DNA of 63,946 nt, filler included, from Choristocarpus tenellus KU-1152 (lineage: Eukaryota; Protista; Phaeophyceae): NCBI GenBank assembly GCA_964200185.2. It is 11 parts of 11 records of this genome, joined end to end, with 100 filler letters (N's around TTAATTAATTAA, not from the genome) between each part and the next. Parts side by side here need not be neighbours in the genome. Positions count along the whole stretch, not along the records: positions 47,513 to 54,770 come from CAXNAD020006443.1; positions 54,871 to 61,228 come from CAXNAD020008309.1; positions 61,329 to 63,946 come from CAXNAD020026228.1; 8 more parts are not named here. One strand, 5' to 3'. The notes under the pieces were generated by a model. That model did no database searches, had not been told where the DNA came from, and worked only from the letters and a program-made list of their open reading frames with translations. A program made the position numbers and the translations under genes. Every line of letters starts with the position of its first letter. The stretch's first letter is position 1. Positions 50,601 through 62,308 of this stretch are shown in pieces.

Positions 50601-53600
50601 GAGTGTGTAAAGGGGGGAGAGAGGGACAAACAGGGATAAAAGGTCCTTGCTGAACTGCACGATCTCACCTTGGCAATGCCATCCCTGATTATGTCCAGCA
50701 TCTCCACATACTCATCCTCTTCAACACCCTCCGTCCAGATGTCCACAATCTCAAACATGGAGTCAGTAAATCTGATCTTGTATGTATAGAGCATGCATGA
50801 GGGGGAAAATAGCTCAGCATCAATGCAACAGCACACAAGGGTGTTGGCCATACAGGGAATATATGATAGTATTATGCAATTTACAAGCAAGGCAAAAAAA
50901 AGATAGAGCCAGCTCAGTTGAGACACACAAACACACATGCAAAATATCATATGTTACCCTGAAGTAATACACTCTCTGGGGCTTTCACATGAAGGTATAA
51001 TACCCAGAACGTTGGCAGGTGGACCCTCTCGCTTACATCATGATCAAATTGCACTCAAACAGCTACACTCTCCAGCAAATGCCCCCCCAGAAAAATGTGC
51101 TGCCTTTTCCAGGCTCAAAAGCATCCAGTTGTGAGTCTCTGGGGGCTCCAGAAGTAAATATTGGGCTGGTACACTGCAAACTAATATCTAGCTGTTACTG
51201 ACCCAAAGTATCTGGGGGGGGGAGGGGGATCTACACCAAGGTGTCCAGTTGGGCCATAACCAGGAAAAGTGCACTTACATTATCCATACAGCATATGCAA
51301 CCAAATCACACAAAAATCGCGACAAGGAAAAAATTGACCCCAAGTTGACAGCTGTCACCCCCCTCCCCAGATACTTTGAGTCACTGCAAGGCCTAACAGA
51401 CTTGAAAATGCTACAAACTATTTTTTTAGTGTGTTTCAACAGATTCACTCAGGTTTACAGTGGTCAACTAGGTTTTTGCTCTCCACATGGCAGTTGCAGT
51501 GAGGGAATTTTTCTATTTATGCAAACCGCCTTCTCTTCAAAAAGATTTCTAATGAGAAGGAGACTTCTGACGATAGAGCTGTGTAAACTTGAGCAACTAC
51601 AATAAAAAAAAACTTATGGAGAGTCGTGCACAACACATCCTATCGCTTTAGTCCCGTTCTTCTTCGTTTCTCCCATGTGATGGACACAGAGATACTGGAA
51701 GGAAATTGAAAGTCAGGTTGGCTGCCTCTCGAGCAGCCACATGTTGATTGTTTGGGTCGGATACTTTGTATCATTCTGCGAGTGAGATAAGTCAGATCAA
51801 ACAAGTCAAGGGTGTCAATCAAGACCAAGTTTTTCATATAAGATGAGAACACATGCCATTTTCGTCAGGCTTGGGACACCTCGAGTAGTTCATTGTTGTG
51901 AAGCCACTGTTGTCCCTCTCCCAGTCCTTTGATGCGTTTTTCAGCGCCAAGTTCAGATCCACTGGTGGGAATATAATGAGGATGTGTATCTTTACCTGAA
52001 GTATTTGCAGGGAACACAACACGGGTGTAACCTTTTACAATATTGTCTTATTGTACCAACACTAGCCATTGGGCATGTGTAGTGGGGTGCAATGCACCAT
52101 GGTTACAATCAGCAAGACAAAGGAGCATGCACTCTATTCACCAATGCTGGTTCAGCCCCTGTCCCCTGTCCCCTGACCTCAACTTGCCTCTTTTATACTG
52201 TAAGGCCAACTGTCTGAACATAGTTGAAAAAGTTAATCTTTCACTATAGTCTAACCCTCCCATACAACTTTGCTTAGACCTTCTTCTAACCCACAACTCT
52301 TGTGGACTTGCTCACAATCATTTCCATGAAGACCGCCTTAGGGATGGAGTTGTTGTCGTCTTTCTTCATGTCAACTACCTCCCATAGTGTTTTCATGCGC
52401 TCCTGATCTCGTCCCACAGTATTGTAGTTGTCAAAAATATTCAAATTAATGCCATGGGTAACAACCTCAAAAGGGATGGAGAGAGTTGCAGCAATTTGTA
52501 AGTGCCAATATTTGAAGAGAGGAAGAAACTATGAGGATTCGCAAAGGTTGGGCCAAAATTGCCTTGTATCATCGTCATTTTCACTCTGTCCTCGTGGCAA
52601 ATGAACAGTAGTCTTTTGAAGCATACTGCTATTTGTGCCTTTGATAATGTGTAGGAAGCTTTACCAGGGTGATTCCAACAGTTTGTGTCCAACGATTTTA
52701 GCTAGAGTCTATACTATTCTCGGTGAAGTTCCCAAATAACCATCGCCATCCCGCTAATGGCTGCAGTAATTGGAGTATAATAGTAGTTGTGCAACTCAAA
52801 AACAAGGTCTCTAGAGGCTCTAGATACAGAGGTTATGATGGAGGAGGGAGAGGGGCATGCCTGTATGGCAGGACACTCCTTGAGTTTCCTTCGCTTTTTC
52901 TGGTTTTCCATGGTGTACATTTCGAGGTCGCCTTGCATTGACACATCTAGAAGCATAGACGAGAGCTTGTTTCCCTTTTCCTTGATGCCAGCGCCAGCTT
53001 CTGTGGTAAGAAAGGCATCAGGTTCCTCTTCCTCGGACGAAAAAATAAACTCACTGGTCAACAAGTTGTATGCAGCACGGCGCATCTCCTGAGTGTATAC
53101 CTATTTACGGAAGGAACGAAGTTTAGTTTGGTGTCGGCTGCTGGCTAAGGCTGATAGTACACTGATGTTTTCTGGTGCTGTTGATGCAGAGTCCGCTCAC
53201 CAATGCCCAGTTTCTAGTCCTCTAGGCAACACCAAGCCTCAACTGTACCTGCATGCCTGCCATATAGGCCACAGCTCTCAGCTTCGACCAACAAGTTTTG
53301 ACACGACTTCTTTTCTTTGATACACCATCACGAGGGTTGCTAGCCGCGGTACACCCTGCCCCGACAGTTGTCTTGTCCCCTTTCTGTCCCACCCTCCCCA
53401 GCTCCTCTAGTTTGACATTATCCTTGAAATTCCCTCCGCAATCCTTCTTGATATTTTTCGTAGAGGATTCAAACGGTATTTTGGAAGCTTCCTCGACCCT
53501 GTCGATTTCATCTTCACTACTGTCGTCGATCTCCTCAACCTGGACGAGTTATTATGACAACGACCCAAGCGCATTGAGACGGGCTGAAGGGCGGAATTAG

Positions 53601-53807
53601 TGGGTGCAAATACTATGATAGTCGGGCTTTAAACCTTTGGTCTTGTGATATAACGCGCAGGATCAGAAATGGTTGACATGTGTTGCTGGGGATAGTCTGT
53701 GCTGGTGCGTCGAAAGGAAAATTGTTGTTGGTCGCAACCCGACATACCTTGTCGTCTATGTCCCAAGATGAACCGTCCGAATCGAACGACGAGGTGTTGC
53801 CCTCCAT
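47636..53807 (-). CDS. Uncharacterised EF-hand-like domain protein, 5' eight exons (53807-53748, 53539-53249, 53088-52861, 52402-52316, 51995-51880, 50771-50669, 48623-48520, 47832-47636)
   Basis: All exons join in phase from ATG 53807. The conserved-looking core is QGDLEMYT..KKRRKL..PAIQERMKTLWEVVDMKKDDNNSIPKAVFMEMIVKIH..ASKDWERDNSGFTTMNYSRFTDSMFEIVDIWTEGVEEDEYVEML, with two degenerate EF-hand-like loops. One intron needs a GC donor. Confidence 0.8.
49860..50045. mobile_element. MITE family C with 3-bp TSD TCA (intronic)
   Basis: GGATCAAAGTATC ... AGATACTTTAAGCC, flanked by TCA on both sides. Confidence 0.88.
51200..51382. mobile_element. MITE family C with 3-bp TSD ACT (intronic, inverted)
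   Basis: GACCCAAAGTATCTGG ... AGATACTTTGAGTC, flanked by ACT on both sides. Confidence 0.88.
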
Positions 53808-54295
53808 CGGACGATACCCGAAATTCCAGAGAGAGAGGGAGCTAGTGTGACTCCGTTCCGGTATCTATGTCGATACCAAAGCTATCATGAGTGGTGGGGA
53901 AATGCCGATGTTCTTGACTGGAAAGTCTCCAACTTGAAGTGTGTAACTGTCAGAGTGGTTATAACACCATTCAGAACATAAAATTAGTGGGTAGACGTAA
54001 GAATCCGTCTGGAAGACAATTCTAGGAATTCTAAATTATTTTAGCAAGTGTGACAGATTGTCACGTTCGGCAAGAAGTTTCAATAACATGTTTTTTGAAG
54101 GGGTTACTTGCAATGGTGATGATGAATAGACTTGGTAATAAAGGTTGTAGGTAACAGAGAGGAATGAAGTCGTATTGTAGATGGAAGTGCCAATATGTTG
54201 TGTCATGGGTGTTCGTGTATCAACTACCGTATGGAAGCCTCTCTGTTTTGACACACATATGAACAATAAAGAGGATAAATTGTCTCGGTAACTAC

Positions 54296-54596
54296 GCAAG
54301 TGGCACTGTCTAGACGTGTCATGCGTTTTAAGCTGGAGTCACCAGGAAGATGGGCACGGAGGGGTTTACTGGATGATTGGGATGCCTCCCTAGCTCCTCC
54401 CCCCAGGGTATACGTATAGGTAGATTGAAGACACAGGAAGGCAGTAGTACAACATATATAGTGGTGAAGTAACAAATAGGTGAGTGTTTTTCACATTTAT
54501 GACATTTTATTTCTTTAGGGCTTATACTGAAATGTGCATAGTTTTCAATGGTTTCCCCCTGACACATCTGGAAAATGTCAGAGAGAATAATAATAA
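54296..54596 (+). mobile_element. CRE-like LINE, 5'-truncated 3' end with (AAT)n tail
   Basis: ALSRRVMRFKLESP-encoding end plus a 3' UTR homologous to the other copies. Confidence 0.8.
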
Positions 54597-55131
54597 AGGC
54601 TGAAAGTATCTGGGGGGGGGGGTGGCAGCTGTCCATTTGGGGCCAATTTTTTCATGTCGCAATTTTAAGGTGATTTAGTTTGCATACGTCGGATGGACAA
54701 TGTAAGAGCACCTTTCCTGGTTATGGCCAAATGGACACCCTGGTGTCGCCCCCCCCCCCCCCCCCCCCCCNNNNNNNNNNNNNNNNNNNNNNNNNNNNNN
54801 NNNNNNNNNNNNNNTTAATTAATTAANNNNNNNNNNNNNNNNNNNNNNNNNNNNNNNNNNNNNNNNNNNNGGGGGGGGGGGGCACAACAAAAGGACAATG
54901 ATTAAGCACACAAACTAGAGATCCTCAGCTGAAAAAATGTGTCCACTCATTCTGTACCCCAACACCACATACATGAATCATATATTCGTCCAAACAAGGT
55001 ACAATGCATTGACTATATGCCAAGACAAGCCTCCCATCACCCCAACCATGTTCCATCTGATACCCATCTCTACATGTAGTTATAATTTCATCATCACACA
55101 CAAAAAATAGGCAGTGAAATTATAACGCACA

Positions 55132-58100
55132 CTAAAGTTCACATGAACACACATCACACACTTGGCCCCCCACAAAAACTTCACAAAGCTCACCGTCCAA
55201 CTGGGCAGTCCAATCAAACGCCTTCCATTTTTTCAAGAAGTCCAAAACCATCACACGTTCTCCCCCCTCCACTCCAGTCGCCCCTCCCCGTACCGAGCTG
55301 CCCCCTTTCCTTCCCTTCCTTCTACCTCCACGACCAAAGCTGGGAGGGTCCACACCTAGCACTCCTGCGAGGGTGTCGACCCCAAAGTCTCTAGGAAACT
55401 TGTTCTCCTATGTATTTCATTAATTGTGTGGGATAATGGAAACCCAGGGGAGTCAGAGGAGTTGTGCAGGGCGTGGGGGGAGGGGGGAGCAGGAGGGCTC
55501 AAAAATATTGGCAGACAGTATGGTTGGGTGTTTGGCAAGTGACTCCTATGGCAGAGAAGTGTGCAATGGTTTCCTCTTCTTACATAACCAAAATTGACAA
55601 AAGAGTTTTGTTGAATATTGATTTACCACTATTGGTATACCACCATCACAGAAACTTGTGTGATTTTCTACATTGGTGGGACACTAATAGTAGTATCGTA
55701 ATCAACATTTGAAAAAGTCATAAGCTGGGGTACCACAGGGCTTAATCCATGCACCACCACCCCACGCTCCCCATCAGTCATCTCATTCTCCATGTTTCCT
55801 CTCAAGCCTTGTTTCCTGTCCCCCCTCCCCTCTTACTCTTATATTTTTTCCACCCACTTGGGGGGATCAGGAAAGCGATCCAACCAGGTCTAGAACCCAC
55901 ACACAACCCCTGACTTCATTAAATATCCAGGTAACCCTGTACCAATGAGGCAGAAGGCCACATGTTGAGGTAACAATGTGTTGAGGTACCATCATACCAC
56001 TGGAACAGGAAGTCACATAACTTTCTGGCATGATGCTACAGGATAGGAGTATCTCAATATTTAACACACTCAACTAACCCAGTGGTGCTTACCAATTGGA
56101 TTTATCACCGCCACACATCAGTGTTTTTATTTTATTTTAATGTCAGTACGTGAAAATAAAAAAATAAATAATCCAGTTGACACAACATGATACCTCTGCT
56201 CCCTACTTGGACACAACTTGTTCAAGAATGAACGATCAACGCTATTTCAAATATTTCCATCTCAAAATCCAACCCCCCCCCCCCCTCCCCCCCCCTCCCC
56301 TCACCCCCAATCACACCAACAAAAAACAACCAAAACCACAAAACAAAAAAANNNNNNNNNNCCCCCCTCCCTTCCCTCTCCTAACAATCCAGTCAAAGAA
56401 GACAAAAAATCAACCGACAGTACCCCTATAAAAAAAAAATTCCATCTCTTCATCATTTGGCAAAACAATGCATCCAATTTTTTTGTACCATCTCAAAACA
56501 AAAAAAATATAAAGCGACATTTCCAGAACCATTGCTATGCCCCCCCAGCTTCATTTCAGGGCCCGTCCTATCTGTGTAACCATCATGCGACTACAGAAGA
56601 GGGTCAAAACTGAGTCTCGCACAGACAAAGGGGTCCACATATATCAGAGCCAGAGCACAGAGTTCGAGAATTGAGAATTCAATGACATCAATGAGTGCTT
56701 TTTCTTTGATGTCTTCGGGGCAGACGGGGTTTAGACAGTTAGCTCTTACTTATCTGGTCGATGAGTGATTAATTCTTATTCTGTTGTCTGCATCAACAGT
56801 AACCTGCACATTCACATTACAACTCCATCATCGTGGGTGAATGACGCAACTGATAACTGGACAGTGCAAGACTCGTGTCACGAAAGACATCCACAACAAT
56901 TCATAAGGTAATGCACAAAGATGACCTGCTACAGGGCCACTCCAACGCCATCAGCACCACCAGCATCACTCCCAGACACGTTCCTGACTCTTTCCACTCC
57001 TCAGGAATAAGGAACGTATCAGTTTGAAAACGTCAACTGTGGTCCATTTGTACTCTTGGAAGTACCAATAGACTTGTTTTTTCAACATATATGACTGACA
57101 TCTCTGGTGACATCGGAACGACTCTTGGAATTAAACATGCCCACCCCCCTCCCCCTCAGTGATTAAGGAAGGGTCACAGTAAAGTCAAGTCAGGGATACA
57201 ATGCGACAAATTAAAAAACTGTTCCAAAAATACATGGAATCACTTGCACCACCGACACATGGTAGATTAGATGATGCCATACTCATCCTCCAGCTATCGA
57301 TTTTTCATTCAGCAGAAATAATAAAATAAAATCAGGAATTGTTATGAGGCATTAAATAAAAAAAGTTTTAGTTCAAAATCACAACAAATAAATAAATACT
57401 TGCCAACACTATTGCAATATCTGTACTTTTTTTTATGTTTTTGACAGTATTACCACTCCAACGTGAAGTACTGAGCTGTAGTAACCTTTCCATTACCTTA
57501 CCAGCCTACACACACCTACACACCAACACCTGGTTAGGTGAAGTGTGTGCAAATACAAATGCAATTAGTGTGTTAACATTTAGTTAATTAAGTTCATTTA
57601 TACAGAAGGGAACATGACTATTGTTGTAGAATGTGCTTACCTCCCCCTCAATGATGTGTGCATAACCACCTCCATCCCATTCCACCTGGAAGTAGGGAAA
57701 GCCCTTCGGCACAGCTCGTAATACACCACCTCTAACATACCCAAGTGGTCACACACACACACACACACACAACCCCAGCAAGGGAGACCAAGAACAGGAA
57801 CGGCAGTTTTGAGGGGGGGAAGGCTGAGATAGCATATACAAATAGGACTAGGATATAGAGAGAGGAGTGAGAGGATAGATAAGGGATGAATAGAGAGAGG
57901 AGTGTGAGGTGAATGTTAGCGAGCATAGGCAATGGTTTGAAGCAAACTAAAAATACATATTTTTTATCAATAAAAAAAACGTAATAACAATGGTCACTAC
58001 TACAACTGCCAAAAACCTACACAATAATAATAAAAATTATTATAATTATTCTATTTTATGTGCCCGGGAAAAATATTACCTGTATGATCTACCTGATGTT

Positions 58101-60290
58101 GCCTGGTTCTGAAACCTTCTGACAGGACCTGTCCAGGACCATGGCCCGGTTCTACGAATCAGTCCATGGTCCAGGCCGGTGTGATATGTTTCTGACAGTT
58201 TCAGTCCAAGGTTGTCACATCACCTACTTATTCATCACCAACTTATTTCTAAAACAGTCCTGTCTGTTCCATGAACCGGACCACTAAACACAGCTCAGTC
58301 GAAGGCTGAAAATCTTCATGTCGAAGGTATTATCTTATTATCTGAGGTATTATCTTATTATCTTATTATCTCTATTGTTGTAATAATGTTGTAATGATGC
58401 TGTAATGATGCTGAATCATGTTGTAATCATATTGCAATCACCTGTTAGGATCCACCTTGATAATCTTCTTGTGGGTGGACCACTCCTCCCCTGCCTCCAT
58501 CAATGCCTGCATCCATGAACAAGGAAAAGAGTAGTGGAAGATGGTGGATGTGGGGGGGGGTTGCATTCACTGAGAAAGAGAAGTGACTTTGTAGGCCCAC
58601 CAAGGGAGGGTTGAGTTTTTATTGGGGGGGGAAGTTGCATATGATTAGTACTTTTGCTAACAAAAATTATTCAATAATTAGAAAGCCACAAACAAATTAA
58701 CTTCTCCATCACACATGCCAAAGCCAAAGCCAAAAACCTCACATTGCAAAACCCAAGCTCTATTGTTGACAACTACCAGTAACAATAATAATTAATAATA
58801 ATCAATAATAATAATATATAACTAAAAAATTAACAATCTAAATTTGTACACCATCTTCTTTCCTGTCAAAAACTTTAGATCTGTGAATGTCCATCAAGAA
58901 ACCATTAAAACACACACACAAACACAAACAAGCCAAATAATAACAATCAATCAATCAAGGTCAACCCCCAACCAGATCATCCCTCTTGCCTTCTTCAATC
59001 AATCAATCAACTGTTGCATATTTTACACCTAACCCTAACCCTGACCCTAACCCTAACCCTAACCCTACGTATGCAATCAAAATACTACACCTAATCACCT
59101 AATCACCCCTCCCAGTCCCAGTCCCAGTCCCAGTCCCAGCCCCAGTCCCAGTCCCATTCCCTGTCCCCATTCCCCGTCTGTGTCACTGTGCCCAACTGAC
59201 AACCACAACAAAATAAAAATATAATACATACCATGTATCACATATCACGTATCACACATCACACATCACATAATACAGTATACAGTACATAATATGTGGA
59301 TATACCTGACGAAAGTACATAGGTGAGTCCAGTGCCGCAGACCTTGGGACAGGTACTGCCTCAATGTAGCAGTGCCTTGCTGCCGATGATCCAGACTTAC
59401 CACCTGTTTCCAAAAAAACCACACTGCCCCCTTCCCCCAGCCCTTTGTTGCCTTTGTTTTTCTTGCCCTGGTTTTTGTTTCTCCTGGTGGAGGTACTACC
59501 ATCACACCCTCCAGCGCCATCTGGGGGAGTACTATCAGGGGGTGCTGCTATCATCCGTCGGAGGGAAGATTTAAAGAGGTTAATCTCTCTCCAAACATCC
59601 TCGTCACAGGCCTTGTTAGGGTTAGGGTTAGTGTTAGGGTTAGTGCTAGAATTGGGGGACATGGTTCAGATACCAACAGACAGGCCAGGCAGAGCAGCAG
59701 TAGTAAAAGGGGCCAGGTTAGTTCAAAACCAGTACACAGCAGAGGAGCGGGGTAACTTAGGTCATTTTTCGGTTGGGGAGCGATGCCTTTACCATAGTTG
59801 AGATGGAAGTTGACACCTCTGACGACGATGGAAGTTGACACATTGAAACGACCCCTTAACATCAACCGTGACTTCTTAACTATTTGCAACACAAAAAAAA
59901 AGTCACCACTACTGTAACTATTGGACTAACTATGACAATCGATGTACAAAAAAAAAAAATTAACTTCCAGTAGTTTATTGGTATTAGTAGACTCAGGAAC
60001 ATATCCACTTCGCTCCACAACAAAGCACTCCTTTTGTGTGCTCTAGAGCTGAGTGGATACACTCCAGGGCCTACAAAGACAACAAAAGACACCAAAAAAG
60101 GAGCATTCTGATGAGACAAACACAGAGCAAAACCCTTACCGTGGAAGCAGGAGCATGTCTAATGGGCACAATGTAACAGTGGCCTTCAGATAGTCGCCTA
60201 GACCCAGTCACAAGGTACAAGTAGGTGTGTTCCCCCAGTGAAAGCACCAGGTGCTTCTTGAACCCGGGAGCATCCATGCACAATGGGCAC
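55132..60290 (-). CDS. CWF19L2: CWF19-like protein 2 (CwfJ C-terminal domains 1 and 2), 3' five exons (60290-60140, 59611-59306, 58506-58442, 57731-57641, 55407-55132)
   Basis: In-phase splicing gives [126 protein letters not shown]. The last exon may instead end at a donor after 55194. Confidence 0.92.
59029..59066. repeat. Interstitial telomere-like (CCCTAA)n tract, followed nearby by (CCCAGT)n at ~59111-59160
   Basis: Direct hexamer repeats. Confidence 0.9.
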
Positions 60291-60945
60291 CTAACACATA
60301 CACACAAACACACACACACACACACAAGGAGCATAAGTCAATCATATTATTAGTATTGATATTATTATTACTGAAAAAAAAAAGATGAATTGATACCATT
60401 TTTAAATACTGTCTGATAAAAAAAATACAGTTATGGTAAGTATAGACATGTGTGTCAGAAGCCACCCCACCTAGAAGCAATACAAAATGAAACAGTACCA
60501 CTCCTAGAAGTTTCGATTCTTATTGTTCTTATTAATACTACAAAAATACAAAACTTGATTTGCAATGTGCATTCAAGGTGGATGAATACTCCAGACCATG
60601 ATATTTTTTTCTATATTAGGGTTAGAATCAATGTAATATAATATAACATAATATAATATAATAAATATAATGTACTATAATATAATCAATATGATATAAT
60701 ATACCTTACGTGAAATGTAAAAGGTGGCTCAAGATAGCATTGGCTAATCAGGGGACTCCTCTCCCTTACCTACTCCACCCCTCCCCCTTCCCTTGAGTAA
60801 AAAAAAGCTCTTTGTTAATTTATTTATGAGATAAGGTGGTGCATCAAAATAAAAGTGGAATGTTCATTCTCACTTTTGAACTACATTATCAGGACTATTG
60901 TCAGTGAACCCAACACAGTGCTGTGCTGTACCTATTCTTGCCTAC

Positions 60946-61053
60946 TGATTACATTTTGAAACAGTAATCTGATTACATTTTGAAACAGTAATCTGATTAC
61001 ATTTTGAAACAGCAATCATACCCAATTACACAGTAGTATCACATTTTGAAACA
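60946..61053. repeat. 24-bp minisatellite (ctgattacattttgaaacagtaat), 3 units plus a degenerate one
   Basis: Direct tandem units. Confidence 0.9.
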
Positions 61054-61822
61054 GTGAAGAACCCCTACCACGTATTAACAAGGAGTGAGAATATATGTAA
61101 CACCATATTATAACACAACTAATACTGAAATAGCAAAAAAAAACATGGATGGCCAACACCACCCCAAGGCTACAGCAAATTATGTTTTTATCACCCACCC
61201 CATCCCTCTCTGCCGGGGCGCGAAACAANNNNNNNNNNNNNNNNNNNNNNNNNNNNNNNNNNNNNNNNNNNNTTAATTAATTAANNNNNNNNNNNNNNNN
61301 NNNNNNNNNNNNNNNNNNNNNNNNNNNNCCCCCCCACCACCAGAAACAAAAAAAAAAAAAAAAAACCGAACAAAAAAAAAGGGCCCCACCAGGACCCCCC
61401 CCCCCCCCCCCCCCCCCCGCCCACTCAGATACTCTGAACCTTTTTGTGGTGTTCATTGTACTATAGATACGCTCAAAAGGTGTACCTGTTCCTGTCCAAT
61501 GTTTATTTGCAGTGGTAAAGGACGAGAAAGTATCCCTAAACTTTTCTTTTTTTTTGCAAGCGACGGGAGGAGAGTCATTGAGATTTTTTTTAACACACAT
61601 CGTGCACAATTCCTTTTGTCATTATTGAGATCTAACTAATGTTCCGGAATGCGGGTATAACTTGGTGGTGGTATAAGCGTATATATACTTGGTCGAGGGA
61701 GATACGTGTGTAAGGATACGTGGTGAAGCTATTTGTTTTTATTATGGGAATAGAGAAGGTTCTTTTTATCGTTTTCCTTCTCGTTCAGAATTTTCCTCGT
61801 GGATCACTTCCATTTAAAAATG

Positions 61823-61853
<31 letters not shown>

Positions 61854-62308
61854 TTATTTACTATGTTATTATTTGTATTATTATTATTGTAGCGATGTGG
61901 AGATCGTAAGAAACAGAATTGAAAGAAGAAAAAAAAATTAATAATTTTTTTTTTACAGAATAATGAAAGAAATGAAAAAGTTGAGACCGAAAGTAGTAGT
62001 ATTCAATTTTTTTTTTTAATTTATTTACATGAAGATTCGCGTTCGCACAAAATATCACCACATTTTCATACATACATAAATATATATATATATATATATA
62101 TTTTAATTTATTGCATCTTTCTTTTCTTTTCATATCGATATTGAAAAATAAATAGTGTGTGTAGGCGTATGTGCATGTGTTTGTTTATATGTCTGTATGT
62201 TTGTCCCTCTACTTCCTCCCACCAGCACATTCATCACTGACTTTGTATCTAACTGTGTATCCCTGTGGCTATGGGCTGTGGCTATGGGCTGTGGCTGTGG
62301 CTGTGAAG

